Assembly: GCA_905178155.1 (NCBI GenBank)
Contig: CAJINV010000008.1
Span: 1,364,001 to 1,428,000 of the forward strand
Length of the DNA stretch: 64,000 nt
Source of the DNA: Amoebophrya sp. A120
Taxonomy: Eukaryota > Protista > Dinoflagellata
Direction of reading: 5' to 3'
The notes beneath the pieces are model-generated. The model was not told the DNA's origin. It saw only the letters and a program-made list of their open reading frames with translations, and did not search any database. The position numbers were made by a program, and so were the translations under genes. Shown one piece after another: positions 55,149-64,000 of this stretch (positions are counted from its first letter, which is position 1; each line of letters opens with the position of its first letter).

Positions 55149-55658
55149 GCTTCAGCTTCAAAGCAGTCACGCAGTAGCGATCTAGATCTACCACACTAAA
55201 ATAGACACCGCTACCACTAGGCAGCATTTGCTGGCCGTGGTTGGAAAGAGCGGGCGCAGGATCATCTACTTCGTTAAACTCGTTGTTGCCGAATTTGATT
55301 TTCGTTTGGCTTTTTCTTTTCAGATAGCGCTAGCTGCGTCGTAAAACTAAAAAAACACTTCTACGTATACATCCGAGCGCAACGTCGTCTCTGCGCTATC
55401 CGATGGGCAATGGATGAGACTCAGCACGAGCAGGCAGCCGCACCGAAACACTCGTCGTCTTCCTCGTTTGCTTCGTCTTGCGGCGGCGTTCCGCGGAGCA
55501 GATGGCGCACGCCGTGCATGGGGTTCTCATGTACTTCGCCAGTCTTCAGCATCATTCGTGTAGAGTTTGACAAAAATGCTGGATAAGGCTCCGGATGTGG
55601 TGCAAAGACACACAACTTCGCACAAGAACCTCGTCACAGAAGAATATTTATCCGTCTC

Positions 55659-58600
55659 TTGTTTGTTCGCAGCAATCGAGGAGCAGGCTGTGGAAGAGCG
55701 CGCGAATTTTCTTCACGACGTCTTGCTGTGCGTATAGAGTGCAGTCTGCTGCTGGCTTGGTGCGTCGAAATGGCATTTCGTCCGATCCTCCCGTTCAGAT
55801 TCGTGACGCTCTGCGCTACCAGCTCCGACTTGGTGATTCGTGTCCTCTGCTTAGCAGTTGATGAGTATCAATCTATCCCCCGTTCATCGGAGATCACGAA
55901 GCACCAGCAAGCCACTGGCGTCGACCCGCTTTCGCAAGTAGCAAGGAAAGAGCAGCAGCTACCGGCAAATACGTTGCTGGAGATTGCGAACCACTGGGAA
56001 AGCCGGAAGGAGCAAGCGCGCAGCAGTAAATCCGACCTTGCGGACTTCGGGTATCGCAATGCCATTCGCCGCGCGCTTACAGACAACGCCACGCTTCTAC
56101 ACACCTTCAAGGAACAAGAGAAATATCGCGCCGTAATCGGCGGAGCGGAGCTCGACAGTGGCTATGCCTATCTTCGCTACATGCGCGACTTGTACATGAT
56201 GCTTAGTGTCCGGGGCCAAGCCGTGACGGATTCGAAGAAGGGCGATGCCTGTTTATGCTACCGTCTCCACGGAAGCAGAGCGCAGGCGCACGCAGCGCCG
56301 GCGCAGCAAGCGGTGGAAAATATGCACCACTCGGAGTCGAGCTCGACAAGCGCAACGGGAGATGACTCCTCGTCGCAGACCAGTGCGGATCTGGCACAGG
56401 GGAACGCAAACGCGCAAGCTCCGGTGTCCATTTCGGAGAAGATTCTCTACCCAAAAATCGAGGGCCTTCACCAAAACGAGGACGAGCATAATTTTCACCG
56501 GATTCGCACCGCAGATTTCGGTCGCGACAGCTGGCTTCGGACGCACCAGCACGTGTTCGCGCGCAATTTTTGTGAAGGCCTGGATTTGTCACTCCTATTT
56601 GCAAATGAGACTGACCATGCGCGGGTTCGTCGGGTGATTTTCGAAGAAAAGGGGCTGGGTTCGCACTATCAGTATCAGCAGTCTAGCACAGGAGGTCACA
56701 GAAAGGGGGGAGCAGAGGCAGCCACGACAGCACAGCGAGATGAGTACAAGTGGAGAGCAGAGCTGGATGCGGGGCGTGGCAACCTCGCGTCCGCAACACC
56801 TGGAGGTTTGGCTGCGTTTGACGATGAAGAGAGTCCCTCAAGCGCCCTTAAAGGAGCTCGCAAGCACGTCAGGGCCGAGACGAACTCGAGTCCGGGCATT
56901 CCCACTGCAAACGAGGTAAAATCAAGCCGGTGCTGCGAATCCACGGATGAAGTACTCGGGCCCTCAGAGCAAGGTGCAGACAGGTGGATACAACATCACA
57001 ACGAGATCGAAGGCACGCGCCGGTACTTCGCACACCTACGAGAGATGGATAGGCACTGCAAAAGTATGTATCGTACAGCATTGCAAAACAAGAAGTATGA
57101 ACTTACATGAATGTGTCGCACTAGTACAAATTGCAATTGGATGAATTGCATACCTACGCAAGTCTTTTCAGAAGGAAAAAGATATACATCGTTTATCTGG
57201 TGCAACTGCAAGTGGTACGGCTATGCTGAATAAGAATACGTAATTAATAGTAGCCAGGTGGCCGCGGCCGTCAAATGAAATGTGTTCCAAGTAGAACGAG
57301 CGCGATACTACAACTTTTGCAGAGGATTGCGGATAAGGTCGGCCAACGAGCCTCACCTCATGGCGGGAATGCTGGTAGCACAGCGACGCAGCCCCCGGCT
57401 GCTGATGCAGCCCCTGCGCTTTCCGGGTCCTCGAAAGCAGGTTCTGGGAATGCGTTTGACTGGGGCGATCCGGTTGGAGCTGTGTCCGCCACGATGCTTG
57501 GTTATGCAAAACAAGTTTTGGAGATGGAAACCCTGTTTGGATCCCTGCAGAACTTCCGCATTGCAGAGATCGGCGTAGGATTTGGTGGGCTATGCCATGC
57601 GCTCTTCGCGCGCTACAAAATGAAGATAGCGAGCTATACCCTCATTGACTTGCCGGAAGCGGAGCAGCTTGCGCTACGGACGTTGCAAAGAAGCTTGGTG
57701 GCTGTGCAGGCGAGTCTTGACAGCGGGAGCACCGAAAATGTCGAACATAATGCGGCAGCGACGACGGGTCCTCGTGATGCAGACAAATTCTCCGGAGGAC
57801 GTGCAGGTGTCTTGTTGGAAATGAAACTGCGTACCTACAATAGCAGGGCAGAGCAAACTCTGCGTCGGAGCCTTCGGCGCGAAAGGAAGAAGGCAAAAGC
57901 TATGAAGAACACCAACGGCAAGATGGACGCTGCAACCGCGCTGCTGCGTGGTATCTATCGTTCGACGTTGCAGTATGTGGCAGGCGACGGAGCGGCTGGG
58001 CAAAAGATCCAGCCTGATGCAAAAGACGTCTTCGTCGAAGAGCACTACAACTCGGATGCCGACGAGTCCACGCCAGACTACGATGATGATCAGGAGGAAA
58101 GATCGAAACGTCACCGACAAGAGTCCTTGATTCCCAATCCAGCGGTGCCGCTTGCTGCCAGCGGACCATGGCTGCAAGAGCTGGTAAACGCGACCAAGAC
58201 GCACAGGCACTTCTCCAAAAGCACCGCCGGCGTATACTTTAGCTACGATCTCTGCATCTCCAATTACGCATTCAACGAGCTTGTCGACGAGCGGGTGGCG
58301 GGGCAGTACGTCCGCGACATTCTGCGAAAATGCAAACGGGTTTTTATCACCTGGGGACTGGCTGCTGCGGACACGGGTGCCGCCTTCGGTGGGCTGCAAA
58401 CCTCGAAGTGGCAAGTAAAGATTTTGAATTCCATGTGGGAATTCAGCAGTGAGGCACCAGAAAAGTGGAAAAAAGGCGTAGAAGACACTGCAAAAGATCA
58501 CTCTGCAAAACGGGAAACCGAAAATCCAGCTTCACTTGACGAGGAGACCGCGACGACGGAAGAACGAACGGACGACGAGAGGCTAAAAATAAACTTCGAG

Positions 58601-59293
58601 ACACTGCAGAGTAAGTTCGACGCACTCCACCACGCGCTCGTACCGTTTTTTATTTCTGTCCACGATGTGCCGGTAATGGGAGGTTCCATTTGGGCGGAGG
58701 CCACCAATATGGGAGTGTCAGGTTTGAAATCGACAAAGTTGAAATAACTTGTAATGCATAAAATCGATACCAGTTGGAAGCCCAATTTTCAAGCGGTGCA
58801 TGACAAATGTCGGCCGCGTCTAAATCCAGTTTGTCATGCTGTTTTGGGACAGAAGGCGTCTTTTGTCATGCTACTGCAGCAGCTCTACCGCAGACCCCAA
58901 ACAGGCTGACAGTCGGCCTCACTACTTGCGGTCCCTGCAAGAGAGGGACTTCATGCCTTGCAATTTATGCATGAGAAATTATTTCAACTTGACGATTTCA
59001 TTCCTGACGCTTCCATAACCAATCGTTTGCTGGTATATATGAATCCGGTCGTATCGGTCCTGGAGCCCGGCAGCATGGTATATAATTGGCAAATATGACT
59101 TGCAAAAGTAACGTACTCGTATAAATGCATTACAAATTTCCTCAGCATGAGAAATGTAATGCAGGTTTGCCTTAAGAACAAGATTTGTAATGCAAGACTT
59201 GCATTTATACGATTACGATACTTTTGCACAGGATAGCAAAATCCGTGGGACTGGGAAACAGGGTTCGGCCGCAGGTATTTCAAATACGTATAA
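55659..59293 (+). CDS. Class I SAM-dependent methyltransferase (putative sugar O-methyltransferase type); 5' end uncertain
   Basis: IAEIGVGFGG, YTLIDLPE, YDLCISNYAFNEL. ORFs 55659 and 57275 and the last coding block join after removing inserts 57050-57328, 58708-59017 and 59094-59235; ends GRRYFKYV*. Confidence 0.75.
57050..57328. mobile_element. Degenerate introner-like element
   Basis: Eroded ends TAGGCACTGCAAAAGT ... ACTTTTGCAGAGGATT resemble the 36616 family; TSD ATGGA/GCGGA; removal of element plus 5 nt joins two different frames (REMDKVGQ). Confidence 0.7.
58708..59017. mobile_element. Introner-like TIR element (TATGG family)
   Basis: TIR TATGG(G/A)AG(T/C)GTCAGG..TGAAATCG; TSD ACCAA; empty site visible in the copy at 61211-61408. 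Confidence 0.94.
59094..59235. mobile_element. Introner-like TIR element (GCAAAAGTATCGTA family, reverse orientation)
   Basis: TSD GCAAA; empty site TGGCAAAATCCG present in copies 2 and 3. Confidence 0.94.
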
Positions 59294-59438
59294 GTTATAT
59301 GTATTAGTATTTCATTCGTTGCAGCATGCTGTCGCGTTTAACAATATAGAAGAAGAAAAGTTTTCCATATCTTCCGCAACAAATATTGATCATCTTTTTT
59401 TTTCCACGGTGGTATACTGCAAAGAGATACAAGAAGGC

Positions 59439-59837
59439 TATACTTTGGTGTGGGGGGGTCCCTTGTCCCTTGACCCTTTTTTTGGCCCGAAAAAGGGACA
59501 AGGGAAAAGGGACCGCTTTGAAGCGACGAAAGCGGCGAAAACGTCCCTTGTCCCTCCTCGCGAAGGGACGAAGGGACAAGCAAAAGGGACACGCTGTAGG
59601 TCCCCGCGGGGCCGGGAGGCGACCCAGGTTCTGACCGGGAAGGGAGAAAGGGACAGGCGAAAGGGACAAAGGGAGGGGGAGACAAATGAGGGGGCGGGCC
59701 ACAGGGGCAGGGGGGAGCGCGGGAGACGGGTCCGAGGGGCAAAGCGAAGGGACCAGGCGACGGGAGAAAGAGAAAGAGAGGAAAAAGGGGACGGCGGAAA
59801 AGAGAAAGAGAGAAAAAAAGAGAAAGAGAGGAAAAAG
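59439..59837. mobile_element. One-ended repeat-array element X
   Basis: Starts TATACTTTGGTGTGGGGGGG; about 8 AGGGAC and 4 GTCCCT motifs, ~25-bp hairpin at ~59457-59514, purine-rich tail; no matching right TIR. Confidence 0.55.
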
Positions 59838-59903
59838 CCGTTTTTTATTTCTGTCCACGATGTGCCGGTAATGGGAGGTTCCATTTGGGCGGAGGCCACC
59901 AAT

Positions 59904-60153
59904 TATCAAGTGCAAAAATGTCTGGGTCTGGAAGATTGGAACTTGTGATGCGCATTTCAGAACACACAAAAATCTCTGATGCATAGGCAACAAGGCTGCT
60001 CACTTTCTGTCACCAAAATGGCGGATTTGTCATGCGGATTCGGCATTGCGGAGGCTCCTCGAAACGTGTGATGCTAGAGCTTCCATGCCAGACCTTCTGT
60101 GTCATGCAGAAACAGCATGACTCTTCCAGACCCAGACATTTTTACATTTGATA
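59904..60153. mobile_element. Introner-like TIR element (GGGTCTGG family)
   Basis: TIR TATCAA(G/A)TG(C/T)AAAAATGTCTGGGTCTGGAAGA; TSD CCAAT. Confidence 0.94.
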
Positions 60154-60201
60154 CCAATCGTTTGCTGGTATATGTGAATCCGGTCGTGTCGGTCCTGGAG
60201 C

Positions 60202-60310
60202 TATCCAGGAAAAAACACCCATCCCCATCCATTTTTTGCATGACAAATAGTGGACTTTATACATGTTTTGCACGACAAATTGGATGGGGATGGGTGTTTT
60301 TTCCTGGATA
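60202..60310. mobile_element. 109-bp introner-like TIR element
   Basis: ~30-bp perfect TIR TATCCAGGAAAAAACACCCATCCCCATCCA; TSD GGAGC; empty site in copies 1 and 3. Confidence 0.94.
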
Positions 60311-60531
60311 GGAGCCCGGCAGCATGGTCTATAATTGGCAAAATCCGTGGGACTGGGAAACTGGATTCGGCCGAAGGTATTTCAAATAGTGTAAGTTAGT
60401 AAACGCGACAGGTACACAATAAATAAAAAATTTCTCAAGATTGTGGCATATGGAATCTGCATCGAAATCTTCCCGAACAAATATTCATAATTTTTTTTTT
60501 TCACGCGGTGGTATTCCCGAATGTCATAGGG

Positions 60532-61210
60532 TATACCTGGGTGTGAGGGGGAAAAAAACGGGTTAATCCGGGTTTTGTCGAAATCGCGGAATTTTTTGTC
60601 GATTAGCCCGGTTTTTGTCGAAGCCGCGAAGTAACCGCGGTTATTGTCGAAATTTTTGTCGAAATCCGGGTTAAATAACCGCGGGCGACACTGTCTGTCG
60701 ATTTTCTTGTCGAAATTTTTGTCGAAATCCGGGGTTTTCTAACTTTAACCGCCGCCGTCGGCGGGATCCGCGGTGGTCGGGTCCGCGGTTTCGCCGGGTT
60801 GGTCGATTTTGTCGAAATCCGGGTTAATCCCGGTTTCGACACAGATTTCGACAAAACCGGGAATAACCTGGATTTCGACAAAATTGAGAACAACCCGGAT
60901 TTCGACAAAATCGCGGATACCCCGGATTTCGACAAAATTCCGTTTGCGGGAAGGTGGCGGCCGCTGTCCTCGGGCGGGTGACCCCGTTCCCTTGTGCGGG
61001 GGCTCCCTTGGTTTCCTTCGTCTTTTTTTCGCAAAGAAAGTTTGCCTCTGGCGAGAATCGACCTCTACGGTAGTTTCTTTCCGAAATAAAAGGCGCGGAT
61101 CGACGACGGAGTTCGCGCTCCCCGGAATCCGACCGGGTCACCCGGCCCTCCCCTTTGCCTCTTTTTCAGGGACCGCGCCAGTGCGGGTGCGGCGGGGCTG
61201 CGTCTGGGTA
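60532..61210. mobile_element. One-ended repeat-array element Y
   Basis: Starts TATACCTGGGTGTGAGGGGG (like X); about 8 TTGTCGA followed by 4 TCGACAA motifs; GC-rich remainder; no right TIR. Confidence 0.55.
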
Positions 61211-61408
61211 TTATTTATTTCTGTCCACGATGTGCCGGTAATGGGAGGTTCCATTTGGGCCGAGGCCACCAATCGTTTGCTGGTATATATGAATCCTGTC
61301 GTATCTGTCCTGGAGCCCGGCAGCATGGTGTATAATTGGCAAAATCCGTGGGACTGGGAAACAGGGTTCGGCCGAAGGTATTTCAAATTGTATAAGTATT
61401 ATACCTGA
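61211..61408 (+). repeat. Copy 3 of the last coding block, free of introners
   Basis: FISVHDVPVMGGSIWAEATNRLLVYMNPVVSVLEPGSMVYNWQNPWDWETGFGRRYFK uninterrupted, followed by a diverged homologous 3' UTR. Confidence 0.93.
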
Positions 61409-62707
61409 TTCATCCGTTGCCGCATGCTGTCGCGTTCGAACACTAAATCAAAAATTTTTCAAGATTGCGGTGCATGGCATCTGCGTCGAATATCTTCCCG
61501 AACAAATTTTCATGATCTTCTTTGTTACGCAGTGGCACGCTCGAGAGTGATACGAAAAACGTGCAGCTTGTACAACAGTCACGCAAAATCGTTTTTTTTG
61601 CATTAAAGAAATCATTATTTAAGCCGAAACCAGCTCGCGTAGAGGCGAATATGCATGATGAAAAATTCATACAGAAGATGAGTCTAATAGACCGCTGCAG
61701 CTCGCGTGAACACTAAACGTACAAATGTACAAAGTTACTGCAGGAAAAAAAAAGATAATGAAGGATCCGCGAGAGCACTGATATCGTAAGAGTTGTACTT
61801 AACTTGTTCATCGAGCTAATTACGAATCTTATCAACACCAGGTTGAGTTTGTGGTATTCTGCGAGACAGCGCGCATATGGTGGGCAAGTGCGATATCTGG
61901 CTTGGAAGTCGAAGCTGGACGGTAGGCCGCTGTTGGGATGGTTATATTAACGAGCAGTGTGATGTGCCTCCTATCCTCTTCCTCATCCGATTGTAGATAT
62001 AGTTTTCAATGTGTTATCACGTGTCGCGGCTACGGTTGCGATCTCTGCGCTGCCAGGGACCAGGGTATGTCACAGTCACTGCGGCGGGTGTGTTTCGTTG
62101 TCTCTCTCTGTCATCATCGACGACATTCTACTTCTTGTTTTCGTCACGAAGCCATGGCATTTAGAGGGCCCGGTAGCCCTGCGTGTCTGGTGCTGCTGCT
62201 GCAGGCGAATTTCAATTTCTTATACGCCTTGTCTCCATTCGAAGCGAAAAAAAAATTGAAAAGGGTACTTAGCGTGTCGACAACCACACGACTTCTACTG
62301 CTTCATGTTCATCATCATCATCATGTGTGATGTTGATTCAGATCCATGACTGCTTCGTATTGCCGGCGATGTTCGGAAACAATTTTTTGTGGTTCAACGA
62401 AAATGTTGACAGCGTCTCGTTCCTGGTTCTTGTCCTCACAGTCGCGTTTTTATTTGGTACGTGAGTACTACCCGATCTTGATGACCCTGGAAGTGGAGAA
62501 ACGAAAATTATCAAACACAATCAAGAAGCAGCGACATACAGTAGGTTCGCTTCTTCGAGATTTTCTGTTGTCTGCTGAAAGGTAAACATCCGGGCTCTAC
62601 CAAGACAAATTTGTTTTGTCCACCTCCTCCGCCGCTGCATTGGTCGTCGTCGATTGCTTTTCTTATTTTGCGTGTTTCCTTAAAAGTCGTGAATAATTGA
62701 AAAGAAG

Positions 62708-64000
62708 ATGACGTCCAGTGGCTGTAAAAACATCAAGAAGTTTTCTCGTGTGCACGTGGTCCCACCTTCGGAGGTCCTCGCAATGTTATTGTGCTTATGT
62801 GTTGCGTGCCTGTCATTGGTGCATGCGGCCGTTCCACTGCAGCCGTCTGTTGCTAACATCCGGCATGAGGCGCTTGTTCAGGAGTTGCCGCTGCCGAAGG
62901 TTGCTAGTTTCTATCCAAAGTCAGCCAGCAAGTTGCCGCCTTCGTTAGGCGTCGATCTGCCGCAAGTGGCAGCTCGCCCGCGGACACTCTTGGAGCACCA
63001 ACACTTCTTGCACAAAAACGGCGAGTCGTTACGCGTTCCAACGGTCGGTGGCGTGGCTGGTGCAGGGGACCTTTCTACGGCGCTCCTTTCTCCGAGTCAA
63101 AAAAGTAGCACTGTGACGTTCTACACCGGAGTGCCCATCGACAATGTTCCATCATCTGCTGGCAATTACAAAAAGAAGACAACTACACCTCCGTCAAAAA
63201 ATCACGGGGAGCTTTTCCTCAACACCTTTGGAAAGGAACCTGACGTCCACCACGATTTGACGGATGAGCACCATGATGCTGTTAAATATGACCAAGGCAG
63301 CACAACACCGGACGAGAAGAAAGATGTTGCAGCAAAAATTGTGGGCATCGCTCCTGCGAATAAAGTGGACCACGCGAGTCCGAGCGCCAGTGGCACTGTC
63401 GGGAAGTCGTTCGATTCTTCGCTTGACAATTCTGTCTCATCGACTCGCGACATCGAAGATGACGAAAACGATCTTCCTCAGAAGATGGATGTGGACGTCG
63501 AGCAGAAGGGTTCACCAGCTGTGGCTAAAGCGCGACCCACGATTGACAGCTCGAGCATGTCGTCTACGTCTACTGTCATGGATGCGACGAGGGAAGAGCA
63601 CGACGATGACGATGACGAACAAGCGCACTCTACTATCCTGAGTAAAAACGTCCCCACCCCAGAGTTGTAATGCAGATTTGCAAAGACAGGAAGACTTGTA
63701 ATGCGCATCCCGATGAGAGCCATTTCCAATCGTGTTTTGGAATTTGTGATGCTGTGAACAGGATGAGCAGATGAATCTGTGACGCGGCTGCACTTGCTAA
63801 CCTGCCCTACACTGCGGAGTGCAACTTGTCATGCGTGACTCACAAAACTCCTAGGTTTGTGTTGCAAAATCCCCATCCTGACTCTGGTGTGGGGACGTTT
63901 TTACTCAGGATATGTACCAGCATGGTGTTTGAGAGCGAGGAGCAGGAGCAGCTGCCCGAGGCGCCCCCGAAAAGTTCCATTCCGCAGATGCAGATCAAGA
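62708..64000 (+). CDS. Secreted low-complexity protein, 3' end outside window
   Basis: Signal-like LAMLLCLCVACLSLVHAAVP; frame continues (HSTSMVFESEEQEQLPE..) after removing 63634-63912 plus one TSD. Confidence 0.65.
63634..63912. mobile_element. Introner-like TIR element (separate TIR family)
   Basis: TIR TATCCTGAGTAAAAACGTCCCCAC(C/A)CCAGAGT, 31/32 match; TSD TCTAC/TGTAC. Confidence 0.93.

Larger units (their letters stand above)
59838..60389 (+). repeat. Copy 2 of the methyltransferase gene's last coding block (carries two introners)
   Basis: After insert removal encodes PFFISVHDVPVMGGSIWAEATNRLLVYVNPVVSVLEPGSMVYNWQNPWDWETGFGRRYFK*. Confidence 0.93.

Noticed and set aside
59190-59948. ORF reading through element X into copy 2, and 60773-61408 through Y into copy 3
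   Set aside because: Start inside an introner or at a non-ATG codon and are low complexity; probably chance open frames. Their being in frame with the exon copies should still be checked in RNA data.
60560-60940. CRISPR-like or telomeric reading of the TTGTCGAAAT array
   Set aside because: Units are short, irregularly spaced and switch orientation; eukaryotic context; no cas genes or telomeric repeat.

Overview
Gene-dense eukaryotic (alveolate-like) DNA. Every gene I can identify is on the + strand. The intron architecture suggests the parasitic dinoflagellate relative Amoebophrya, but that assignment is inference. Genes in order: 3' end of a Fringe/B3GLCT-like glycosyltransferase, serine carboxypeptidase S10, UTP23, a PA14-domain surface protein, an AAA ATPase, a ParB-like ORF, a DUF6625-like protein, a DUF4139-like protein with an embedded ubiquitin, a GDPGP1/VTC2-type phosphorylase, RPL7, a Lys-rich hypothetical protein, an RRM protein, TatD, MCM3, TMEM115, NAC-beta, RPL13A, two box C/D snoRNAs, a SAM methyltransferase and a partial secreted protein. 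Besides ordinary GT-AG introns, coding sequence is interrupted by 15 MITE-like inserts of 109-394 bp with TAT...ATA termini, terminal inverted repeats (TIRs) and 5-bp target-site duplications (TSDs). They have no GT-AG ends, occur in both orientations, and restore the reading frame when the element plus one TSD copy is removed. Coding copies from about six TIR families share an internal GCAT(G/T/C)ACAA motif that the one 3'-UTR copy lacks. Also notable: three tandem, synonymously diverged copies of one gene's last coding block, separated by one-ended repeat-array elements (58.6-61.5 kb); a ParB-like cassette flanked by a ~490-bp duplication of the neighbouring gene's 5' end; and an apparently exact 693-bp tandem dimer. 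All coordinates and counts were read by eye and may be off by a few bases.
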